Of a DNA stretch of 64,000 nucleotides, positions 17,336 through 27,110 are shown one piece after another. Origin of the DNA: Ferruginibacter sp. (GTDB lineage Bacteria; Bacteroidota; Bacteroidia; Chitinophagales; Chitinophagaceae); contig JBATAS010000245.1 in the NCBI GenBank assembly GCA_049661965.1, positions 538-64,537 on the forward strand. Reading direction: 5' to 3'. How positions within the stretch are numbered: position 1 is the stretch's first letter; each line of letters begins with the position of its first letter. Under the pieces are notes generated by a model. That model worked only from the letters and a program-made list of their open reading frames with translations, was not told the DNA's origin and did not search any database. Position numbers and translations under genes: made by a program.

Positions 17336-19042
17336 ATGAAAAAACTTTTTGCTATTATTATTTTAAGTTTTCCGGTAATAACATTTGGGCAAAATGTTGC
17401 CATTAATAACGATGCCTCAGTTGCAGACAATTCGGCACTGCTGGATATTAAAAGTACTACCAAAGGTTTATTAACGCCAAGGATGACGAGTGCTCAAAGA
17501 ATTGCCATTGTTTCGCCGGCTGTAGGGCTTATGGTTTTTGATATCAATACTTTCAGTTTTTGGATTTTCAGAGGTGCGTTGAATAACGGCTGGGTAGAAA
17601 TGGTACACAGCCAGCAGAATTACTGGACGCAAACAGGCACCGATATTTATAATAATAACCTTGGCAATGTTGGCATTGGTACCAACACACCGGGATCTAA
17701 ATTAACTATTAATGGAGCTGATCCTGTAATCGGATTACTGAATAACGGACTGGCAACAGGGTTTATACAGGCAAACGGTTTCGATATGAAAATAGGAACA
17801 CATCCTGATAATCCCGTTGGTGGTATTGTTTTTCAACCAAAAGGTATTGACAGGGTTTGGGTTGATGAGAATGGACAGGTTGGTATTGGTACAGGAACAC
17901 CATCTTCATTATTAACAGTAAACGGAACTAATCCTCTGTTTCAAATGCGTCATTCAAATTCAAATAAAGGCTTTTTACAGGCCTTGGGTAATGATCTTAA
18001 ACTGGGAACAAACTCAACCAACACATTGGGCAACCTGGTTTTTCAAACCAAACAATTAGACCGGATGATGATTGATGAGAACGGGCAGGTGGGTATCGGC
18101 ACTATCGCCCCGGTATCTGCATTAACCATAAACGGCACCAATCCTTATATTGAAATGCAGCATGGCAATATAAACACCGGTTTTTTACAGGCATCAGGAA
18201 TAAATTTAAAACTCGGTACTAATTCCACTAATACCAATGGTAACCTGGTTTTACAAACAAAACTTGTTGACAGGATGACGATTGATAACAACGGGTTGGT
18301 AGGTATCGGCACCAGTTCGCCTTCATCGTTACTAACGCTTAATGGAACAGACCCTATTCTGCAAATACGCAATGCAAATATTGACAAAGGTTTTATTCAG
18401 CTTTCGGGAGATAATATTAAAATCGGCACTAACGCTTCGAACAATACCGGCAAATTTATTGTTCGCACAAATGGGTCCGACAGGGTTATTGTGGACGAAG
18501 ATGGAAGAGTAGCAATAAATAATCCCAATACCTTTGGATCTAATGCCTTAACTGTCGGAAACGCTAATGGTCCTGCAAGTATTGGTTTTTCAAATAGCAA
18601 TCAAAGCTTCGGGTATCTTAATTTTTCACTTAACTCCGCAACTATTCAGGCGAATAACGAGATGTCAATACATACAGCCGGTAACGGAATAAAGTTTCAT
18701 TCGTCTGGTGAACTAAGCATGGGAGGAAACACTAAGGCAAATAATTATTTTTTAAGTGTGCATGGAAGATTTATAGCCACCCAGGTAACAGAGCAGGCAG
18801 TTAACAACTGGCCTGATTATGTTTTTGAAAAAGACTATAAACTAAAAACCCTTTCAGAAGTAAAACAATTCATAGCAGAAAACAAACATCTTCCTAATAT
18901 ACCATCTGCAGCAGAAATTGAAAAAACCGGAGTATCGCTCGGTGATATGAGCAAGCGGTTGATGGAAAAAATAGAAGAACTCACTTTATATATCCTACAA
19001 CAACAGGAGCAGATTGATGAACTGAAAAAAAAGATAAAGTAA
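17336..19042 (+). CDS. Secreted fibre-like repeat protein (VGIGT repeats; tail-fibre-chaperone-like C-terminus)
   Basis: Start at MKKLFAII (signal peptide); LDIKSTTKGLLTPRMT; four 70-aa repeats; WPDYVF...HLPNIPSA...KIEELTLY coiled-coil end. Confidence 0.75.
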   Translation: MKKLFAIIILSFPVITFGQNVAINNDASVADNSALLDIKSTTKGLLTPRMTSAQRIAIVSPAVGLMVFDINTFSFWIFRGALNNGWVEMVHSQQNYWTQTGTDIYNNNLGNVGIGTNTPGSKLTINGADPVIGLLNNGLATGFIQANGFDMKIGTHPDNPVGGIVFQPKGIDRVWVDENGQVGIGTGTPSSLLTVNGTNPLFQMRHSNSNKGFLQALGNDLKLGTNSTNTLGNLVFQTKQLDRMMIDENGQVGIGTIAPVSALTINGTNPYIEMQHGNINTGFLQASGINLKLGTNSTNTNGNLVLQTKLVDRMTIDNNGLVGIGTSSPSSLLTLNGTDPILQIRNANIDKGFIQLSGDNIKIGTNASNNTGKFIVRTNGSDRVIVDEDGRVAINNPNTFGSNALTVGNANGPASIGFSNSNQSFGYLNFSLNSATIQANNEMSIHTAGNGIKFHSSGELSMGGNTKANNYFLSVHGRFIATQVTEQAVNNWPDYVFEKDYKLKTLSEVKQFIAENKHLPNIPSAAEIEKTGVSLGDMSKRLMEKIEELTLYILQQQEQIDELKKKIK

Positions 19043-19107
19043 ATAATACAGTTACTAATTGTACAAAAAGAAGTACTTTATGAAATAAAAATCAAGCAGC
19101 ATTTAGA

Positions 19108-22100
19108 TTGAAAAATGTATTTACCATCATAGTGTTTTTATATGCCTTAGTAAATTCAGGTAAAATGCAGGCCCAGGCTCCTGCATTTTACCATTTAAGT
19201 ACGGCCGAAGGTTTAAGCGATAACAATGTTAGAGTTGCAGCCCGTGACAGGAATGGTATTATCTGGATAGCCACATCAGAAGGCTTAAATAGTTTCGATG
19301 GGAACCGCATCAACTCCTACAATACATACAAACATCCGTTACTGGCCAATAATAATGTTGAAAGAATAGTAATTGATAATGATAACCGCATCTGGCTACG
19401 TACCAATAGCCATTACGTTAACATGTTGGATGAAAAAAGAAAAATTCATCGCTTTTTGGTTGGAGACACTACCGACAAAATAAATGTCACCGCCTTGTTT
19501 TATTCAGCCAGTCACGGCATTTTTGCCATTAAAGAACGGCAGCACTATCTGCTGAAAAAAAACAATCCGGTAAAGTTTGAAAAAACAGCTATGCCTTTCG
19601 ACAGCCTGTTAAAAGGCACTATTGGCTTTACCTATTTCATCAACAAAGAAAGGGCTATTTATTACCGTAACAATAACCTGGTAGTAATTGATTATGCTGC
19701 CATGAAAGGGCTGTTGCAATTGCCATTACCCGATATAAAAGGCGCACACTATATTAATGATGATGAACTGCTGGCTTTTACCGAAAAAGGCGATGTTTTC
19801 TACCGCATCAGTATCAGCCAGCAAAAAGTGATCAGGGAATACAGGAATATCAGGGATCAGCATAACAAACCTATCAACGGCAGATTGCGTAATATAGACA
19901 GGATTGATGAAAACCGTTTTGCCATCACTTCTTATTTCTCCGGTTTATATATTCTTGATCTTAAAAAAGAAATGGTACATCATTGGGAGCATGACCCGGT
20001 TGACCATCAGAGTATCGGCAGCAATAACACCTTCAATATAAAATACGATACAAGCGGTTACCTGTTTGTAACCTCACTTACATCAGGGCTTCATTTTTAT
20101 AGCATCAATCAGCAACAGGCATCCGGCAAACCATACTTTATTGACGACAACAAACAAATATTCGACGGGTATATACAATGCGTAACAACAGATGATGATG
20201 ATAATATCTGGATGGGTGCACAGGACAGGCTCATTATGTGGAACCGTACAACAGATAAAACCCTTTATGTTCCCTGTACATTGCCCAACGGTACTAATAT
20301 CAGTGGTAACGAAACAATCAGGGCTGTAAACAAAGATGAAGAGGGCAGGTTGTGGGTAGGTACATCCAGGTATGGAATACTTATTCTCAATAATAAATTT
20401 AAAACCATTGCTCAGTTAACCGATTCTGCAAAAGGTAAAAAAACCGGTTTGCCATCATTCTCCATTAATTCTATTTGTAATAATGATAAAGGATACAGCT
20501 GGATTGGCACCTTCAGAGGTGTTTGCCTGATCAACAACAAAACTTTTAAAATAACAACATTCAACGGTCATCCGGTACTTGATAAATTAAGTGATGTTCC
20601 TTGCGAAATTATATGGAAAGATGAATTAGGAAGAATATGGTTTGGAACTTTTCGTGGTGCCTGGTGTTATGATGAAAGCAAAAACACCCTTTCGCATTAC
20701 GATGCCAAAGATGGTCTGCCGCAAACCCTGATATATGATTTTGACGAAGATAAACTGGGCAATATTTACATGGCAACCGGCGAAGGTTTATCTGTTCTCT
20801 CCAGCGATGGAAAAATAACAACGTACAACCGGAGTAATGGATTACGTAATGATCGTTGCGAAGGCATACTGCGGGATAATGATGGATATATGTGGATCGG
20901 AAATCAGAACTGCATACTCAGATTTGATCCGGTAAATAAAAAATTTGCTGTTTTTGAAGAAGGGCTTGGCTTCAGCCATGCCGGATTCCGTATGCGTTCA
21001 TCGCACAGAAGCAGCAACGGCGAAATGTTCTGGGGTACAGATAAAGGATTGAATTATTTTTTTCCGGCACAGATGACCAACACCTTATTACCGCTGCATC
21101 CTTATATAAACGAACTGCAGGCCGATAATGAATCTTTTCATTTTACGGCAAAAGATCAACATCGCTTTCCATACAATACTTCTTCGTTCGCCTTTAATTT
21201 TTCATCCGGCGAGCTCGGTGGTGCAAAAAAAATTCAGTTCCTCTACCGCCTCGAAGGATTTGATAAGAACTGGAAAACACCCGTCAGCAGTGGCCAGGTG
21301 GTGTACAGCAACCTGCCGCCGGGGCGTTATTCTTTTTTTGTGAAAGCATCACGTAATGGTATTACCTGGTACGATGCACCCTACCCTGTTAGCATTGTTA
21401 TTATTCCGCCCTGGTGGCAGCAAACCTGGTTTAGGTTGCTAACTATACTTGCCGCAGCATTAATACTCTGGCTGGTTTATCAATATTTTCAAAAGAAAAG
21501 AAAAGCAAAGGAGATAGAGAAAACAATCAGCTATTTTTCTAATTCAGGCTATGCACACTCTTCTGTTGATGATATATTATGGGATATATCTAGGAACTGC
21601 ATATCCAGGCTGGGTTACCAAGATTGTGTGATTTATATGCTGGATGATGAAAGAAAAATGCTGGTTCAAAAAGCAGCCTACGGACCAAAAAATCCCGATG
21701 CCGAAGAAATCAGTAACCCTATAGAGATACCGCTTGGTAAAGGTATTGTAGGTGATGTGGCTAAAACCGGCAAGGCTAGTATTGTAGGCGACACCTCAAA
21801 AGACAAAAGATATCTTGTTGATGATATGCATCGTTTTTCGGAAATAACCGTACCGATTATACATGAGGGAAAAGTAATCGGCATCATTGATTCGGAAAAT
21901 AAAAAGAAAAATTTTTTTACTACGCAGGATCTTAAAACACTGCAGGCAATCACAGCAATCTGCGCCGGAAAAATATCTATTGCCATGGCAAATGATGCCA
22001 TGAAAAAAAGCAAACTGGAATTGATGGAGCTGAATGTAAAGATGGCCGAATCGAAGTTCTTGAACCTGCGTTTACAAATGAATCCTCACTTTTTATTTAA

Positions 22101-22689
22101 TTCACTAAGTTCTATTCAGCACTTGATTGTTTCACAACAATCCAACAAAGCTTATAAATACCTTACTATCTTTTCAAACTTTCTGCGTTCCCTGCTCAAG
22201 TTTGCCGAAAAGAATTTTATAACACTTGATGATGAACTTAAAATACTGAAAATGTATATTGAACTGGAGTCACTACGTTTTGACGAATCGTTCAGTTACG
22301 AGATACTGACTGATGAAGCATTGGACAATGATATTGTATTTTTACCTTCATTAATGGTGCAGCCATTTGTTGAAAATGCCATCTGGCATGGGTTGCTGCA
22401 CAAAGAAGGCGAAAAGAAACTGATCATCCGCTTTAACAGTACTGCAGATGATGTGCTCATCTGCGAAATAGAAGACAATGGCGTTGGCCGTAAAAATGCT
22501 GCCGTAATCGGAAAGAATAAACTGTCGGGTATGATACATGAAAGTAAAGGCATCAGTATCATTAAAGAACGGCTGGAGTTATTGCAGCAAAAAACCGGCA
22601 AGCCAGCTACACTGCTGTTACAGGATAATATTAACGGGGGCACAAAAGTCATCATCAGCATTCCTTACTATAACCCGGAAGAGATATGA
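19108..22689 (+). CDS. LytS-type sensor histidine kinase (beta-propeller, Y_Y_Y, TM, GAF, His_kinase)
   Basis: GLSDNNV/D..G.IW.T repeats, YSNLPPGRYSF, TM, GKGIVG GAF, QMNPHFLFN H-box, VENAIWHG, EDNGVG. Confidence 0.92.
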   Translation: MKNVFTIIVFLYALVNSGKMQAQAPAFYHLSTAEGLSDNNVRVAARDRNGIIWIATSEGLNSFDGNRINSYNTYKHPLLANNNVERIVIDNDNRIWLRTNSHYVNMLDEKRKIHRFLVGDTTDKINVTALFYSASHGIFAIKERQHYLLKKNNPVKFEKTAMPFDSLLKGTIGFTYFINKERAIYYRNNNLVVIDYAAMKGLLQLPLPDIKGAHYINDDELLAFTEKGDVFYRISISQQKVIREYRNIRDQHNKPINGRLRNIDRIDENRFAITSYFSGLYILDLKKEMVHHWEHDPVDHQSIGSNNTFNIKYDTSGYLFVTSLTSGLHFYSINQQQASGKPYFIDDNKQIFDGYIQCVTTDDDDNIWMGAQDRLIMWNRTTDKTLYVPCTLPNGTNISGNETIRAVNKDEEGRLWVGTSRYGILILNNKFKTIAQLTDSAKGKKTGLPSFSINSICNNDKGYSWIGTFRGVCLINNKTFKITTFNGHPVLDKLSDVPCEIIWKDELGRIWFGTFRGAWCYDESKNTLSHYDAKDGLPQTLIYDFDEDKLGNIYMATGEGLSVLSSDGKITTYNRSNGLRNDRCEGILRDNDGYMWIGNQNCILRFDPVNKKFAVFEEGLGFSHAGFRMRSSHRSSNGEMFWGTDKGLNYFFPAQMTNTLLPLHPYINELQADNESFHFTAKDQHRFPYNTSSFAFNFSSGELGGAKKIQFLYRLEGFDKNWKTPVSSGQVVYSNLPPGRYSFFVKASRNGITWYDAPYPVSIVIIPPWWQQTWFRLLTILAAALILWLVYQYFQKKRKAKEIEKTISYFSNSGYAHSSVDDILWDISRNCISRLGYQDCVIYMLDDERKMLVQKAAYGPKNPDAEEISNPIEIPLGKGIVGDVAKTGKASIVGDTSKDKRYLVDDMHRFSEITVPIIHEGKVIGIIDSENKKKNFFTTQDLKTLQAITAICAGKISIAMANDAMKKSKLELMELNVKMAESKFLNLRLQMNPHFLFNSLSSIQHLIVSQQSNKAYKYLTIFSNFLRSLLKFAEKNFITLDDELKILKMYIELESLRFDESFSYEILTDEALDNDIVFLPSLMVQPFVENAIWHGLLHKEGEKKLIIRFNSTADDVLICEIEDNGVGRKNAAVIGKNKLSGMIHESKGISIIKERLELLQQKTGKPATLLLQDNINGGTKVIISIPYYNPEEI

Positions 22690-23435
22690 TAAAAGCAATG
22701 ATCGTTGACGATGAGCAATCTTCCATTGAACTGCTGCAATGGTTACTTACACAATATTGCCCCGACATTACCGCCATACAAACAGCCCGAAGCGTAAAAG
22801 ATGCAACACCTGTTATACAGTCTTTTAAACCCGATATTGTTTTCCTGGACATTCAGATGCCGCACCAGAGCGGTTTCGATCTGCTGACCGGTATCGACAA
22901 CTGGGATTTTGAAGTCATCTTCACTACTGCTTATAACGAATTTGCCATACAAGCCATCCGTTTCAGTGCATTGGATTATTTATTAAAACCGGTTGATGAA
23001 ACAGAACTGAAAAAAGCAGTTGAACGTTTTAAAGCCAAAAGAATATATGCACCGGCAGGTCAGGTTTTGTTCCGCAATTTTATTCAGAATATTTCGCAGA
23101 GCAATAAAGATAAATTCAAACTTGCCCTGGCCGATGCCAACGAAGTAAAATATGTACAACTGGATGAGATCATCCGCCTGCAGGCCGAAAGTAATTATAC
23201 CCATGTTCATCTTACCGGAAATAAAACATTTGTATCGGCCAAAACTTTAAAAGAGTATGATGAAATTTTACTGGGCCATCATTTTTTACGTGTGCATAAA
23301 TCGCACCTGGTAAACCCGGCACATATACTCAGTTACGATCGTGCAGGCCAGCTAACCATGAGCGACGGTTCAACAGTAGAAGTATCACGTAGAAAAAAAG
23401 AATACCTGCAGATTGCTTTAAAAATGCAGCTCTGA
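22686..23435 (+). CDS. LytTR family response regulator
   Basis: IVDDE, FLDIQMP, YLLKP receiver; FLRVHKSHLVN, VSRRK LytTR domain. Confidence 0.95.
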   Translation: MIKAMIVDDEQSSIELLQWLLTQYCPDITAIQTARSVKDATPVIQSFKPDIVFLDIQMPHQSGFDLLTGIDNWDFEVIFTTAYNEFAIQAIRFSALDYLLKPVDETELKKAVERFKAKRIYAPAGQVLFRNFIQNISQSNKDKFKLALADANEVKYVQLDEIIRLQAESNYTHVHLTGNKTFVSAKTLKEYDEILLGHHFLRVHKSHLVNPAHILSYDRAGQLTMSDGSTVEVSRRKKEYLQIALKMQL

Positions 23436-23468
23436 TATTTCGTTGTTTTTTATATTTTCGCAGCCTCA

Positions 23469-24002
23469 ATGTATTTATTCAGCAACCATAATATTTCTAT
23501 TGCTACAGAAACCGATATTGCTTACCTGGCAAACCTGCTGAATATTTCTTATCGTGGCGAAGCATCAAAACAGGGCTGGACCACCGAAGCCGCACTGATT
23601 TCCGGCGATACCCGTGCCGATGAAAATATGGTACAAAATGTTATGCAACGGCCGGGAAGTATCTTTTTAAAATTTACCAACGACGAAAATAAAATTATTG
23701 CCTGCGTAAACCTTGAACAACAGGGACAAAAAATATACCTTGGTATGTTTAGTGTACTGCCCAATTTACAGGGCGCTGGCATTGGTAAACTTATGCTGAA
23801 AGCATCAGAAGAATATGCGTTGCAAAAAAAATGCTCCTCCATTTATATGTCGGTCATCAGCCTGCGTACAGAACTCATTAACTGGTATGAACGGTATGGT
23901 TATGCCGATACAGGCAAAAGAATTCCGTTTGAAGAAGACGGCATAACCGGCAAACACTTACAAAAGCTTGAGTTTATGGTTCTGGAAAAACAGCTCTTTT
24001 AA
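23469..24002 (+). CDS. GNAT family N-acetyltransferase
   Basis: VLPNLQGAGIGK acetyl-CoA motif, WYERYGY. Confidence 0.9.
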   Translation: MYLFSNHNISIATETDIAYLANLLNISYRGEASKQGWTTEAALISGDTRADENMVQNVMQRPGSIFLKFTNDENKIIACVNLEQQGQKIYLGMFSVLPNLQGAGIGKLMLKASEEYALQKKCSSIYMSVISLRTELINWYERYGYADTGKRIPFEEDGITGKHLQKLEFMVLEKQLF

Positions 24003-24033
24003 ATAAGAAAGCTTTTTTGTAGTTTTAAACACT

Positions 24034-24456
24034 ATGGCAGTACTTAAAACACAAAAAACAAAAGCAAGCGTTCCTGCATTCCTGGCAGCTGTTGAGAGCG
24101 AAGAAAAACGCAAAGACAGTAAAACGCTGTTGAAACTTTTTACCGACATCACTAAAGAAAAACCGGCATTATGGGGCACTGCCATTGTTGGCTTTGGTAC
24201 CTACAGTTATAAATCGGAAAGAAGTAAACAGGCAGGTGATTGGTTTATGGTTGGCTTTTCTCCGCGGAAAGCCTATATAGCTGTATATGTAATAGCCGGC
24301 ATCAACAAATATCAGGCACTGTTAAAAAAATTGGGAAAGTTTAAAGTAAGTACGGGATCATGTCTGTACATAAACAAACTGGCTGATATAGACCTTGATG
24401 TTTTAAAAGAAATTATCAGCTCAGGTTATCAAGAGATGCATTCAAAGCATGGCTAA
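24034..24456 (+). CDS. DUF1801 domain protein
   Basis: WGTAIVGFG.Y.Y, GFSPRK, LGK......CLYI. Confidence 0.85.
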   Translation: MAVLKTQKTKASVPAFLAAVESEEKRKDSKTLLKLFTDITKEKPALWGTAIVGFGTYSYKSERSKQAGDWFMVGFSPRKAYIAVYVIAGINKYQALLKKLGKFKVSTGSCLYINKLADIDLDVLKEIISSGYQEMHSKHG

Positions 24457-24551
24457 TTTTTATTGATTAATTGTTGAAATGCAGCCGGAGAACTAAAAGC
24501 TTCTTTCAACAATGCGCTTATAAAACAATTTGTAAAAAACTTTCCCTCCTC

Positions 24552-24578
24552 TGTCCAAATCTGTCCCCTACGTTCGTC
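24552..24578 (+). promoter_or_regulatory. Putative ECF42-type promoter (TGTCCA-N17-CGTC)
   Basis: TGTCCA at 24552 and CGTC at 24575, just upstream of the SRPBCC-YciI-YciI-DinB-VOC-sigma operon. Confidence 0.55.
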
Positions 24579-24601
24579 ATTACGGTATAAAACAATAAAT
24601 T

Positions 24602-25039
24602 ATGCCTTATTCAATTAAACATTTGTATCACATCAATGTTTCAAAGCAAAAAGTATTTGAAGCCATTTCTACTGTTAAAGGACTTTCAAACTGGTGGACT
24701 ACGCAAACTATTGGAAAAGATGGTGCAGGCGAAACCATTCAATTCGACTTTGGAGAATTCAAAGGCCCGGCCATGAAAGTTATTGAACAAAAAGCGAATG
24801 AAAAACTGGTTTGGGAATGTGTAGCCAGTGAGCATGGCTGGCTGGGCAATACATTCACATTCGCCCTGGATGAAAATGACGGAAAGACAAGAATTCGTTT
24901 TACACATGACGGATGGGAAGAGCAGGATGATTTTTATGCAGCCTGTAATTACAGCTGGGGCCGTTACCTGGAAAGTTTAAGACAATACTGCCAAACCGGC
25001 AAAGGAGAAGCTTTTGGCAGCGAAGGATACAGAAAGTAA
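24602..25039 (+). CDS. SRPBCC/AHSA1 domain protein
   Basis: VFEAIST..GL..WW, LVWEC, FTHDGW, W..YL.SL..YC. Confidence 0.85.
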   Translation: MPYSIKHLYHINVSKQKVFEAISTVKGLSNWWTTQTIGKDGAGETIQFDFGEFKGPAMKVIEQKANEKLVWECVASEHGWLGNTFTFALDENDGKTRIRFTHDGWEEQDDFYAACNYSWGRYLESLRQYCQTGKGEAFGSEGYRK

Positions 25040-25072
25040 AAATATTAATCACATTAACAATCTTAAAAAAAA

Positions 25073-25453
25073 ATGAAAGAATATATGTTGCTCTTCAGAA
25101 ATGAAAAACCGGATAGTGGAGTGAATCCATCAGTTCATATGCAGGAAGTAATGAAGCTCTGGAGGGCCTGGATAAGCGGCATTGCAGCAGCAGGAAATTA
25201 CAACGGCACCAACCGTTTACTGCCCGAAGGAAAAACCATAGGAGCCGGTAAGCTAATTACCGACGGGCCTTTTCTGGAAGCGAAGGAAATGCTGGGTGGA
25301 TATGTAATTGTAAAAGCAGCTTCGCTTGATGAAGCCACAGAAATTGCAAAAGGCTGCCCCATTCTTACTTATGGCGGTAATGTAGAAATAAGGCCGGTGA
25401 TGACAATAGATGCTGATCCAACATCAGCATCGTTTCTTGACCTTGCTGATTAG
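25073..25453 (+). CDS. YciI family (DGPF) protein
   Basis: ITDGPFLEAKEMLGGY, A..IAKGCP, VEIRP. Confidence 0.92.
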   Translation: MKEYMLLFRNEKPDSGVNPSVHMQEVMKLWRAWISGIAAAGNYNGTNRLLPEGKTIGAGKLITDGPFLEAKEMLGGYVIVKAASLDEATEIAKGCPILTYGGNVEIRPVMTIDADPTSASFLDLAD

Positions 25454-25484
25454 AAACTTTATTTGTAACTTAAAAAACTAAATC

Positions 25485-25835
25485 ATGAAAGAGTATTTAT
25501 TATTATTCAGAGGCGGCGAAGGAGCCGAACTACAGCAATCGCCTGAAAAATGGCAGGTTCACATGCAAAAATGGATGGCATGGATGGGTGGCTTAAAAGA
25601 ACAAGGCAAATTAATTGGCGCCCAGCCATTAACTCCCGAAGGGAAAGTTGTTAAGGGCAGTAAAAAAGCTGTAAGCGACGGGCCATTTATGGAAGGCAAG
25701 GAAATGGTAGGTGGTTACCTGGCCTGCAAGGCTGATACTTTGGAAGAAGCCGTGGAGATTTCAAAAGGATGCCCCATTCTGGAATTTGACAATGGCATTG
25801 TAGAAGTAAGGGAGATCAAGGAATTAAAAATGTAA
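25485..25835 (+). CDS. YciI family (DGPF) protein, tandem paralogue
   Basis: SDGPFMEGKEMVGGY, KGCP, VEVRE. Confidence 0.92.
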   Translation: MKEYLLLFRGGEGAELQQSPEKWQVHMQKWMAWMGGLKEQGKLIGAQPLTPEGKVVKGSKKAVSDGPFMEGKEMVGGYLACKADTLEEAVEISKGCPILEFDNGIVEVREIKELKM

Positions 25836-25856
25836 CCAAATAAAAATTTTATAATT

Positions 25857-26462
25857 ATGAAAAAGATTCTTCTCCCCCTCCTGGTGCTGGCCATGGTCAG
25901 CTTTACCGGGGCCGACACAACACTCACCAAGGCAGAAAGAAAACTGGCCATTACAGAAATGAACAGAACCAGTGATCTTTTACTGAATGCTATAAAAGGG
26001 CTCAGCGAAGCACAACTGAATTTTAAAAGCAGCCCCGAATCCTGGTCTGTAGCGGAATGTACCGAGCATATTGCCATTTCCGAAAATAATATTTTTGGTA
26101 TGCTGGAAGGCGCTTTAAAAACAGAAGCCGACCCATCTAAAAGGTCTGATGTTAAAATGACCGATAAACAGGTATTGGCCATGATAGTTGATCGTACCAA
26201 CAAAGTGAAAACAATAAAACCATTTGAACCAACCGGCAGTTATGGTGGCCATGAAGCTGCAGTTGATGCATTTTTGGAAAAGCGCAAAGCCAATATAGAA
26301 TTTGTGAAAACAACTAAAGAAGACCTGCGGAACCGCTACCAGCAATTACCATTTGGCACCGTTGATGCATTCCAGATTTTGTTATTTATGTCGGCACACA
26401 ATGAGCGGCATGTAAAACAGATTGAGGAAGTAAAGGCGAATGAAAATTTCCCAAAAAACTAA
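25857..26462 (+). CDS. DinB family protein with signal peptide
   Basis: WSVAECTEHI, H..RH..QI metal-binding motif. Confidence 0.88.
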   Translation: MKKILLPLLVLAMVSFTGADTTLTKAERKLAITEMNRTSDLLLNAIKGLSEAQLNFKSSPESWSVAECTEHIAISENNIFGMLEGALKTEADPSKRSDVKMTDKQVLAMIVDRTNKVKTIKPFEPTGSYGGHEAAVDAFLEKRKANIEFVKTTKEDLRNRYQQLPFGTVDAFQILLFMSAHNERHVKQIEEVKANENFPKN

Positions 26463-26565
26463 CCGGTCAACTATTATTTACCGGCCATCCATAACAGCGT
26501 TAATTAAATAAGATGGTTGCAGTATTTTACAGTAACAATTTATTCATTCAAAAAACAAAATAATT

Positions 26566-27000
26566 ATGGCAACCATTAACCCCTACCTTACCTTCAATGG
26601 TAATTGCGAAGATGCATTTAATTTTTACAAGTCAGTTTTTGGCGGCGAATTCGGCTACATGGGCCGCTTTAAAGAAATGCCCCCAACAGATGGCATGAAT
26701 GTGCCGGAGGCTGAAGGCAATAAGATTATGCATGTTTCTTTACCCATCAGCAAAGAAACAATTTTAATGGGCAGCGATACATCAGCAGCCTTTGGCCAAA
26801 CGGCAAATCCGGGTACCAATTTTTCAATTTCTATTACTGCAGGTTCAAAAGCAGAGGCCGATAAATTATTCAATGCAGTTGCGGCCGGCGGAAATATTAC
26901 CATGCCATTGGCTGATACATTCTGGGGATCATATTTTGGTATGTGTACCGATAAGTTTGGCATTGCCTGGATGATGAGTTACGATGAGCCAAAAAAATAA
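26566..27000 (+). CDS. VOC family protein (PhnB-like)
   Basis: INPYLTFNGNCEDAFNFY, IMH, FWG..FG...DKFGI.W. Confidence 0.92.
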   Translation: MATINPYLTFNGNCEDAFNFYKSVFGGEFGYMGRFKEMPPTDGMNVPEAEGNKIMHVSLPISKETILMGSDTSAAFGQTANPGTNFSISITAGSKAEADKLFNAVAAGGNITMPLADTFWGSYFGMCTDKFGIAWMMSYDEPKK

Positions 27001-27005
27001 ATTTT

Positions 27006-27110
27006 ATGGCAAAAGAAATTGGCGCAAAAGACAAACCGATAAAATTAAAAACACCGCCCTTATCATCGGAGTTTACCATGCACCAGGATGAAAGCAAAAT
27101 AGTTGAATAA
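27006..27110 (+). pseudogene. 34-aa ORF, apparent N-terminal remnant of a DUF6855-like gene
   Basis: MAKEIGAKDKPIKLKTPPLSSEFTMHQDESKIVE*; G.K..P..LKTPP..SE..M..DE resembles the start of a longer conserved family (recalled, not searched). Confidence 0.5.

Noticed and set aside
17336..19042. Prophage interpretation of the tail-fibre-like gene
   Set aside because: It has a Sec signal peptide, and no terminase, capsid, integrase or other phage genes are nearby
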